DNA from: an uncultured Verrucomicrobiae bacterium
GTDB lineage: Bacteria; Verrucomicrobiota; Verrucomicrobiia; Limisphaerales; JAFGQR01
DNA: 64,000 nucleotides
Assembly (NCBI GenBank): GCA_963788655.1
Contig: CAWBHS010000064.1
Location: forward strand, 1-64,000
Direction of reading: 5' to 3'
This document shows, piece after piece, positions 55,248 through 64,000 of the stretch. A program made the translations under genes and the position numbers. Position 1 is the first letter of the stretch. Each line of letters opens with the position of its first letter. The notes beneath the pieces are model-generated. The model did not search any database and was not told the origin of the DNA. It saw nothing but the letters and a program-made list of their open reading frames with translations.

Positions 55248-56252
55248 TTACGGGGTGGGAATCGGCTTCATGACGTCAATCACGAGCGTCACGCGGCACA
55301 GCGATTCATCCAAGACGGTTACCAACACCCCCTCTTCCGCCGTGCCGGGCGGTCGGGGCGGTAGGGGCGCGGCACGGCGCAGTTGCGCCGCGCGCGAATA
55401 GGCGCCGGGCCGCAGCCGCGAAACCGGCGCATTGCCGGCTCCCCGGCGCACGGGCCGCCGGTTGGGAGGCGGGAGCGTGCCGGATCGATTGGGCGGGGCG
55501 CCGGGAGCGGCGGAAATATCCAGTTTGTTGGGCTCGGCCTCGTGGTCCAGCGCGATCAAACGAGGGGCGAGAAATTGCTCCGCGCTACACAGCTTGTCCA
55601 ACACCTGGGCCAGCTCGGTGCTGAACGCATAGAACGTAACTTCATAGGGGAAGGCCGCCATGCCCAGGTCCGGTTTTTTGACGATCGGCAATTCATGGCA
55701 ATACGGGCTGGTGCCGGCGTCGTCCGCGGTCTTGGCCCGTTTGATACTGAGCAGGGCATTGACGTTCGCCGCGCACAATTGGGCGGTAATCAAGCGCACG
55801 TCCGCCAGTTGCTCGGCCAGTTCCGGAAAGCTGCCGGGCGCGAATTTGGCTTTGTTCATCTGTTCCTCGAAGGAGAAGGCAAAGTGGTCGCTCAGCTTCA
55901 CGCTGTGTTCCTTCGCCAAGTTATGCAGGTAGAAAAGATTGCTGTTGAGCACCGTCACGAAATCCACGCCCTGGACCTTGGCATACGGGATCGGGGTAAA
56001 ATACTTTTGCTCCTGGGAAATGACCTTACTCAACTGGTTCAAGCTGTTTCTGGCCTGATCGATGTTGGCTTGGCTGTGAGACGGATTGGCTTTAAGCAAG
56101 CCTTCCAATTGGTGTTTGGAAGCATTGATCTCCTCGTCCACACTCGAATTTTTGCCAATTCCGCTCCACAGATAAAAGCCCCCACAGGCCAGCAGAAGAA
56201 TGGCCGCCAGGCCAAACACCGCCCAAAACAAATTTCGTCGAAACCATTGCAT
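55248..56252 (-). CDS. Pilus-system membrane protein (Amuc_1100-like, PilO position)
   Basis: N-terminal TM helix, coiled coil, FAFSFEE, LAEQL, PYEVTFYAFSTELAQVL ferredoxin-like segment; between the PilM-like and Amuc_1099-like genes. Confidence 0.6.
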   Translation of the reverse strand: MQWFRRNLFWAVFGLAAILLLACGGFYLWSGIGKNSSVDEEINASKHQLEGLLKANPSHSQANIDQARNSLNQLSKVISQEQKYFTPIPYAKVQGVDFVTVLNSNLFYLHNLAKEHSVKLSDHFAFSFEEQMNKAKFAPGSFPELAEQLADVRLITAQLCAANVNALLSIKRAKTADDAGTSPYCHELPIVKKPDLGMAAFPYEVTFYAFSTELAQVLDKLCSAEQFLAPRLIALDHEAEPNKLDISAAPGAPPNRSGTLPPPNRRPVRRGAGNAPVSRLRPGAYSRAAQLRRAAPLPPRPPGTAEEGVLVTVLDESLCRVTLVIDVMKPIPTP

Positions 56253-56261
56253 GGTTAAATC

Positions 56262-58158
56262 CTAGTTTACTTGCACGGGCCGCTTCAGTTTCAACATGAT
56301 TTCAAAGTCGAACGTCAACTCGTTGGGATCCGGGTTGAACGTGCCGCTTTCCAGCGTGGTTTCTTTGGGGTCCACCCACTCGGTCATTCGCTGGAGCGCC
56401 TTGGCGACCATGTCGGCCATCTTGGTGTTTTCCGCGGGATTATGGAGATTCATCGCCTGAAACACCAATTTCACGTGGGACAACTCCACGCCCGCGCCGG
56501 GATTGTTAGGGTTTCCGTACGGCTGATTCAAACCCGGTTGCGCCCGGGGGGGCATCGGGCGCGGCCCTCGTCCGCCCGGCCGACCCGGAGCGGGTGCGAA
56601 TGAATTACGTCCCCGTCTGCCCGCATTCGGTTGGCCAGGAGCCGGAGCCTCAACTTTGACCGAGCCCGGGATAATGCCATCCGGTAATACCGGTTGAAAT
56701 CGTTCAATCCACACGCCGGTCTTGGTTCCGCTCAACTGGGCTTCTTTGGCCTTTTCCACCCCCCGCAAGGCCGTCCGAACGTCGGAAAAAAACTTGGGCC
56801 AGTAGTAACGGTCCAGAATCCAGCCCGTGTAGGTATCCGCCCGAATCTCCGTGGCAAACAATTGGTTGGTTGCCGATTTCAAGCGGTTGCCCAATTGTTG
56901 CAGCGGCCCCATTTTGCTCTGGATTTGTTCCAAGGCCTCGCGCTTTTGATCCGCCACGTTGGCGTAAAACCAGCCGGCGGCGAAAATCGCCAGAACGATG
57001 CACGCCGCCGAAGCAATAAAGTAGGGTTTCTTGGTTTCGAGTTCCTGACGGTGGAGCGAACTCTTGGGCATCAGGTTCAACTCGACCGGGCAATGGGCCA
57101 GATTGCGCAGCCCCAGGCCTACCACTTCCCCCAAGGTATGGACGCCTTTGGCCAATTCCTCGCGGTCCAGGTTCTCAGCAATCTGCACGTTGCGGAACGG
57201 ATTGAAATACTCGACCACTCCGGGGCAGATTCAGCTTCTCGGAAAAGAACTGCGCCGTATAAGGCATGACCGAAGCGCCGCCCGACAGATACAGGCGTTC
57301 CGGCGTCGAGCCGCCCTGTTGGCCGCGATAAAATTGGATCGTCTGGTTGACCTGAATGTGCAGCCGCGTCAGCACTTGCCGGGCGATTTTCGAGATCGCG
57401 GCCTGGTGCGGATTCTCCGGGTCCTCGTAAGCCCCGCCCAAACTGACAAACCCTTGCTCGATTTTGAGCTGTTCGGCGTCCGTCAAGGAGAGTTTGGCCT
57501 CGCGGGCAAACTCCTGGGTGATGGAATTGGCCCCGATATTGATGCCGCGCGAATAGACCTTGCCGTTTTCAAAAAACAACAGGTTGCTGGTCTTCGCCCC
57601 GATATCCAGCAGCATCGTGCAGCCCTCGATGTCGCCGTAATTGTAACGAAAGGCATTGCACAAGGCCGCGGGGGACACATCGACCAGTTGCAGGCGCAAG
57701 CCGGTGTTCTCGGCCACCCGCGAAAGCCCTTCGACCACGTCGGGTTTGATGGCCACCAGCAAGACCTCCAGTTCGCCGGTGGGATTGGCGCCCAGAATCT
57801 GGTAGTCCCAAACGACTTCTTCCAGCGGGAAAGGGACGTTCTGCTGCGCCTCGTATTGGATGATCTGGGTAACTTTCGAAGTATCGACCGGCGGGAGTTT
57901 GACGAACTTGGAGAAGACGTGGAACCCCGGCGCGCACAAGTTAAGGTCCTTGGAGGTGAAGGTGCCTTCGGCCAACAGCTCGGCCAGGGTTCTTTCCATG
58001 GCCGCTTCCCGGGCGCTTTCCTGCATCCCCTCCGCCCCCAAAGGCCTGAAGCCGTAGTTCTTGAGCTGCAATCCACCGTCTTCGTTCAGTTCGAATTCGG
58101 CCAATTTCAGCGTCGCCGCTCCGAAATCAACGGCCAGGAATGACTTTGAATTTAGCAC
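56262..58158 (-). CDS. pilM: Type IV pilus assembly protein PilM fused to a PilN-like region (Amuc_1101-like); split by indel near 57220
   Basis: AVDFGAATLK, YEAQQNVPFP, LLDIGAKTS and YLSGG are actin-like PilM motifs. The junction EKLNLP/VEYFNPFRN is a continuous PilM motif, followed by GLGLR, ELNLMP, a TM helix and a coiled coil typical of PilN. Confidence 0.85.
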
Positions 58159-58311
58159 GTTAAAACTATTCTGCTGTTGCCCCGCTATCGGTTCAAACGA
58201 CCACGCTTTCGTCCTGGGGTTAAGGCGGGGCAGCGTAACGCACGCCCAGGACCGATCAAATCAAAAAGCAGTATCCGCTTACAAATAAAGATAAGGCAGG
58301 GTGGCGCAATT

Positions 58312-59284
58312 TCACGCCAGAATTCTTTTTCGAAAATAGCCAATGGTCTGTTCCAACCCGTCCTCGAGCGCGACTTTCGGCGCCCAGCGCAACCAGCGCC
58401 GCGCCCGGGTGATGTCCGGCTGCCGTTGCCGCGGGTCATCTTGCGGCAGGGGTTTGAAGACGATGCGGCTGCGCGAACGGGTCAGCCGGCGAATCTCCTC
58501 GGCGAATTGCGCCACCGTCATTTCCTGCGGATTGCCGATGTTCACCGGTTCGGAGTGCGAACTCATCATCAGCCGGTAAATGCCTTCCACCAGATCGGAA
58601 CAATAACAGAAACTCCGCGTCTGGCGGCCATCGCCGAAAACCGTCAGCGGTTTGTGCTTCAAGGCCTGGCTGATGAACGCCGGCACCACCCGGCCATCGT
58701 GCAGCCGCATCCGCGGACCGTAGGTGTTGAAGATGCGCACGATGCGGGTTTCCACGCCGTGCTCCTGGCGATACGCCATGGTCATCGCCTCGGCAAAGCG
58801 TTTGGCTTCGTCATAACAACCGCGCGGGCCGATGGGATTCACGTTGCCCCAGTAGTCTTCCGTCTGCGGATGCACCAGCGGATCGCCGTAGATTTCCGAA
58901 GTGGACGCGAACAGGAACCGCGCTCCCTTGTGTTTGGCCAGGCCCAGCGCCTTGTGCGTGCCCAGCGAACCCACCTTCAACGTCTGAATCGGCAATTCCA
59001 GGTAATCCACCGGGCTGGCCGGCGAAGCAAAGTGCCAGACGTAATCCACCGGCTCGTGCAGGAAAATGAACTCCGTCACGTCCTGTTGGATGAACTTGAA
59101 ATTCGCGTTGCCGGCCAGGTGCGCGATGTTGTCCACCGACCCGGTGACAAAGTTGTCGATGCCGATCACCCGATGTCCGCGGCCCAACAGCAAATCCGCC
59201 AGATGAGATCCCAGAAACCCGGCCCCGCCGGTGACCACCGACACCGGTGTCCGTGATGTTTCGAACTCGCGATTTTCTTGCCAT
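58312..59284 (-). CDS. UDP-glucuronate decarboxylase-like NAD-dependent epimerase/dehydratase
   Basis: [66 protein letters not shown]. The start is either 59244 or ATG 59284 with an indel. Confidence 0.9.
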
Positions 59285-59393
59285 GCCTTCTTTTACAAGG
59301 GCCAGCGCAGGGGTTCAATGGGCAAAAGTGTGCCCCAGGGAGTTTCCTGGGGCGGCGAAAGTTTAAAAAATCTCCGCTTGGCGAACCAGCGAC

Positions 59394-60801
59394 CTACTTG
59401 GCGCCGGTTCCCACCATAACGACGGGGATGGTTCGCCAGAGAATCTTCAGGTCCAGCCACAATGACCAGTTATCAATATATTCCAGATCCAGGCGCACCC
59501 AGTCCTTGAAATCGCGCACTTCGTTGCGACCGCTCACCTGCCACAGACAGGTCAGGCCGGGTTTGACGCTCAAGCGCCGGCGGTGCGGACAGATCATCAA
59601 ACCGCTCGACCTCATCCACCGGCAACGGCCGGGGACCGACCAGGCTCATTTCGCCGCGGAGCACGTTGAACAACTGTGGGAACTCATCGATGCTGAACTT
59701 GCGTATCCACCGCCCCACGCGGGTGATGCGGGGATCATTGGTCACTTTGAATACCGGCCCGGACATCTCGTTGAGCGCCGCCAACTCGTGCTTGCGCTGT
59801 TCCGCGTCACTGACCATCGAGCGGAATTTGAGCATCGTGAACGGCCGGCCATTCAAGCCACAGCGTTGCTGGCGAAACAGGACCGGCCCGGGCGAAGTGA
59901 GCCGAATGGCCAGCGCCACCAAGACCAACGGCAGTGACAGCAGCAGCAGCAGAATGAAGGCGCCTACCAAATCAAGCAGTTGCTTGGTCAAACCCTGCCA
60001 GGACGCGTCGGGGGCCGAGCGAAACACCAGCACGGGTCGGCCGTAAAAGTAATCAAAACTGGTCCGCGAAATCTGCGTCTGGAAAAAGTCGGCGATCAGC
60101 CAGGCTTCAACGCCTTCGCGCTCGCAGGCTTGAATGGCCTTCTCGATTTGCCCGAAATACGTGTGCTTGGCGTTCAGGATGACCGTGTTCGCGGAGTGCT
60201 CGTGCAACACGCGGAGCAACTGTTGCACGGTCGTTTCGTTCAGGTTCAATTCGGTCAGAATCTCCGCTTCCTGCTCGGGCGCCTCGCTGAGTTCGGCACG
60301 CATTCGCGCGGTATCCTCCGGCGAGCCCACCAGAATCACCCGCCGCTTCATTTGCGACTGGGCAAATTTGCTGCGGTAGGCCAGACGCAACGCCTCCTCC
60401 GTCAGCAGCATCAGGCCAAAACTCACAATCCCAAAGAGGCCCGGCACCGATCGAGCCAGGTTTTGCTTGAATAGAAACAGCACCAACATGACCCCGGCGG
60501 TTACGATGAAACAGGACTTCAAGAGAATCCAGATCGTGACCCGTCGTGACGCCAGCAACGGCCGCTTATAGAAACCCTGCGATTCGAGCGTCAACGGAGC
60601 AGCCAGCGGGATCACCAAGTAGAGCCAGGCAAACTGGATGAACGGTTCCACCGGTTTGGGGCCTAACAAACGCTCCCAAATGTTGACAAACCAAGTCCAT
60701 TCGGTGCGCATGTAATGGGCCAGCCACAAGGCCAGCATGAAGACCGCCGCGTCCTTGAGCTGGTAAAGCTGAATGCGAAGTTGTTGGTCGCGCCGTAACA
60801 T
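59394..60801 (-). CDS. Exopolysaccharide priming polyprenyl glycosylphosphotransferase (WcaJ/CpsE-like); indel near 59585
   Basis: N-terminal TM helices; KFRSM, DPRITRVGRWIRKFSIDEFPQLFNVLRGEMSLVGPRP; second frame VKPGLTCLWQVSGRN...LDLEYIDNWSLWLDLKIL. Confidence 0.92.
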
Positions 60802-60870
60802 AATCCGTCAGCCGACCACCCTTTCACGGACTGGCCCCACGCCCGTTGAAGCAACGCCCCGCTCGGGCCT

Positions 60871-60950
60871 TCTTGCTCCTGCTCATACTCTTGCTCGTGC
60901 TCGGCCAGCGTTTAAGCGGCGCAAGCGCATGAGTATGAGCAAGAGCAAGA
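60871..60950. repeat. 20-bp inverted repeat made of hexamer units
   Basis: tcttgctcctgctcatactc (60871-60890) pairs with gagtatgagcaagagcaaga (60931-60950), with one mismatch and a 40-nt loop. Confidence 0.7.
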
Positions 60951-61072
60951 ACCAGAACAGTTGCCTCGCGGTTATTCACCGCGCCCAAGCTTGCTTCAAT
61001 CGTACGGCAATCCGGCCGGCGCTTGCGCTCCCAACGACCCCCAACTGTCTCTGCTACCACGTTCACCATAAC

Positions 61073-61828
61073 TCAAGGCCGCCGCGCCACCGTGGTCGGC
61101 GTACCTGCTGCCAACTGAAATTTCGGAACCGCCGCCGTGATCAACTGTTTCATCCGCTCGTACGTCGCGTCTTCCTGGCCCGGCCGGCAAACCGAAAAAC
61201 AGGCCACGTACGCCCACCGCTGCCAGATGCCCAGGCGGATCATGTCGCGCGCCATCCACCACATCCGTTGCAGATGGTCCGCCGAAAGCTCATCGTCTGC
61301 CACGAACCAATACACATACAATCCATGCCGCAATTCACTGGTCCCATCGAGCTTGGGGAACTGCCGTGCCAAAGTCAATTTCATGACCGGCAAGGAATAC
61401 GCACGCGGCTTGCGGATGCTGATAGCCGTCTTTTCCGTCTTCTGAATCCGCCATCCCGCGCCCGTCAGACAATACTGCGGCTTATGAATGCTGGTCCGGT
61501 CCCGGCCCATGAGCACCACGTTCAGCGCCGCCTCGAAACCGCGTTCATCGCGGTAAAGCCTCTGGCCGTAGGTCGTGTCTTTCGGCAGCCAGTTGAGCAC
61601 GATATGTTCAACCGGCAGTTCTTGGGATTCGAAGTCCAGCACGCGCTCCGGCAAGTCCACCCGGTTCGTACCGGCCACGTTGCCTTCGGGATCGTACACC
61701 GGCTCAGCCACCACGCGCACACCGGGTTGGCCCATTGTTTGGAACGACTGAAGGCGCCCCAAAAACACCGCCGCCACCGTCATGATCGACAACGCAGTGA
61801 ATAAACTGAGTTTAACCTGACGACTCAT
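61073..61828 (-). CDS. Exosortase-associated EpsI family protein
   Basis: Starts MSRQVKLSLF at ATG 61828, overlapping the repaired exosortase TGA (ATGA); one TM helix; SIHKPQYCLTGAGW motif; YVYWFV. Confidence 0.8.
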   Translation of the reverse strand: MSRQVKLSLFTALSIMTVAAVFLGRLQSFQTMGQPGVRVVAEPVYDPEGNVAGTNRVDLPERVLDFESQELPVEHIVLNWLPKDTTYGQRLYRDERGFEAALNVVLMGRDRTSIHKPQYCLTGAGWRIQKTEKTAISIRKPRAYSLPVMKLTLARQFPKLDGTSELRHGLYVYWFVADDELSADHLQRMWWMARDMIRLGIWQRWAYVACFSVCRPGQEDATYERMKQLITAAVPKFQLAAGTPTTVARRP

Positions 61829-62809
61829 GCGCCGTGCCCCGTTTCTGCCAAGCCCCCCGGAAACGGTTGGCCTTTGTTCTCCCGCAGCCAATACCCCAGC
61901 GCCATAATGGCCACGAACGCCACCACGTAACGGCAGGATGCTCATGCCAGTGCTTTCATGCACGTAATTGCCCGCCGCTTTGCCGAAGGTCTGCGCGGCG
62001 AGAATGATCGAGTTCAAACGCACGACGTTGGCCGCCACGGCCACGGGAAACGCCGAGGCAATGATGAGCAGTCGCCGCCAGGGCGATCGCAAATAGACAA
62101 AAGCATAAATGATGGCGATGGCAAAGGTGACCGTCAGGCTGCGCAGACCGCTGCACGCCGCGGCCACGTCATACTGGTAACCGCCATTCGGAGCGAAGAT
62201 ACGCGTGCCATCCTGGATGACGTTGATTCCCAACACGACGTGACAGAGAGCCGTGGTAATTTTTACGGCCAGCATCCGCAACGGGAAGGAAATCGTCTCG
62301 GTTAGCGTTCCCAATGGCACGCAAAAGACAAACAAACAGAAGGGGAAGAAACTGTCCCGCAACCAGCGCCAGCCCCAGATCATTCCCGTCAGCGCGTAAA
62401 TCCCCAGAAAGAAGCCCACGATGGAAATGCGCGTCTGCTGGATCATGTAACCGAAAATGTGAATCAGCAGCGCCACCGCGAACAATCCAATGCCCGGTGC
62501 CCAGGGCTGCTTGGGCAATGCCAACAATTCCTTGCGTTTCCACCAGAACAACACCAGCACCACCAGGGGAATCAACCGCCCGTGCGCGTCATCGGACGAC
62601 ATGCTGTAGGCATATTCCATCCAGCCAAACAAGGAATGGGTGTCCGTGTAACCCAAGGTTGAGTTGCCGAAGAACAGGAACAAGCCCACCCACGCCGCCA
62701 ACAACACGAAGAACGCGGTCTTGTTCGGCAAACGACGCCAGCCCTGGGCCAATTCCTCGCGGAACTGGTCCACCGAATCCGCGGCATGCTGTTGGCGCTG
62801 GCTTTCCAT
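61825..62809 (-). CDS. Exosortase (EpsH/archaeosortase family); indel near 61930
   Basis: Multi-TM protein with DVAAACSGLRS (Cys), ANVVR (Arg) and VHE (His). Removing one T restores the last TM helix PYVVAFVAIMALGYWL and a stop at 61825. Confidence 0.88.
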
Positions 62810-62854
62810 TCGTGCTTTAGAGTTGGGAGGGAATCCTCCGCCGGTTCGTTCAAT

Positions 62855-64000
62855 CTAATACTTGCGGTTTTCCGTTGACAACGTCCCGCCGTAGGCGCGC
62901 CGCAGTTGCTCGACCGACCGTTCCCAGTTCAATTGGGTCGTGAACCGTTCGGTGGCCAGACGCGACATCCGCTCCCGCGCCGGCAGGTCATCCAGCAGCC
63001 CCGCGATACCCTCGGCCAGTTTGTCGGCTGAATTCTCCGCCACATACCGGGCCGCGTCCCCGGCGGAAGCCCGGCCTTCCCGCAAGTCAAACATCACTTG
63101 CGGTTTACCGAAGGCCATGTATTCCAACACTTTATTCATCGTGCAATGGTCGTTGTACGAGTTGATCGGGTCACAGGATACGCCAAGGTCCATCGTCTGC
63201 AAGGCGCTGAACAGGTATTCGTTCGACACCCGGCCCGGCAAGTCCACCACCGCCTGCAAGCCCAACCGGTCTCGCTGCTCGAGCAACCGAGCATATTCCG
63301 GCCCGGTTCCCATCAACAGGAATTGGATGTCCTGCCGTCCAAGCCGATGCACCAGGTGCGCGGCGGCCTCGATCAGGAAATGGACTCCATCAGCGTTCCC
63401 CATGACACCGACGTACCCAACCAGAAATTTCCGGTCCTTCCGCAAGGCCGGATTGGCCGGCCACTCCCCGCGGTTGAGCTGGGGAGCAGTCCGGACGACA
63501 TAGACAGCATCGGGCGATTTATGGCCGCGCTGAACCGCAATTTGCCGGATGGATTCATTGGTCGCCAGGTACGGTATGGGCGCACGAATAAGTCAATCGT
63601 TCCGCCAACCGCACGATCCAATAAAACAAACCACGCCGGCCAAACTTGGCTTCAAACATCTCGGGCCAGGCATCGTGAACATCGTAAATCACTTTGACGC
63701 CGAACAGCCATTTGAACGGCCACGCCACCAGGAACAGCAAGTCCGGCGGATTGCACAGGTGAATCAATCGGAACCGGTGCCGCCGCCAGGCTTTCCAAGC
63801 CAATCGGGTTTCTCCCCCAAGGGCGGAAGCGTATTCGCGGAAGAACCCAATGAACCCACCGGCTTCCTCGCTGATCCAATGCCGGTAAATCTGGATGCCC
63901 TCCAGTCGCTCTTCGGGAATTGTGTGCCCGCGCATCTGCGGGCAGATCACCACCACCTCGTAGCCCGCATCCCGCAACGCGCACGACTCCTGCCAAACCC
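62855..64000 (-). CDS. Glycosyltransferase family 4, 5'-truncated, indel near 63570
   Basis: IHLCNPPD, YDVHD, GYVGVMG..DGV, MNKVLEYMAFGKP, WE motif; continues off the window edge. Confidence 0.87.

Noticed and set aside
61073..62809. Apparent exosortase-EpsI fusion (578 aa ORF)
   Set aside because: Removing one base near 61930 restores the last TM helix and a TGA overlapping the EpsI ATG (ATGA), so two genes are more likely.

Overview
GC-rich bacterial DNA, most consistent with Verrucomicrobiota (Pedosphaera/Limisphaera-like). This is inferred from the Amuc_1098-1101-like pilus/secretin operon and the protein families present. Bases 1-36 look like an Oxford Nanopore adapter remnant, and essential genes (pgk, tpiA, secG, coaE) carry single-base indels. 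The window is therefore probably one raw long read, and most split ORFs are likely read errors. Almost all genes are on the minus strand. From right to left: an exopolysaccharide/exosortase block (GT4, exosortase, EpsI, priming glycosyltransferase, UDP-GlcA decarboxylase-like SDR); a PilM(N)/PilO-like/PilP-like/secretin operon; a stand-alone 5'-3' exonuclease; a ~41.6 kb run of six large secreted proteins (about 640, 1181, 1002, 3074, 5130 and 2756 aa after repairing indels); coaE; a secreted nucleoside hydrolase/DUF1080/Tat TIM-barrel trio; and pgk-tpiA-secG. The six proteins are built from Calx-beta, delta-60 beta-propeller, DUF11, P-domain and M36 protease modules. Five of them end in a shared ~70 aa C-terminal domain finishing [FY]YR[LV], a candidate sorting signal; one copy is hidden by a frameshift. 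The sixth is a matrixin-like protein that lacks the zinc-binding histidines. The strongest candidate for an undescribed system is this surface-protein assembly together with the adjacent secretin operon.
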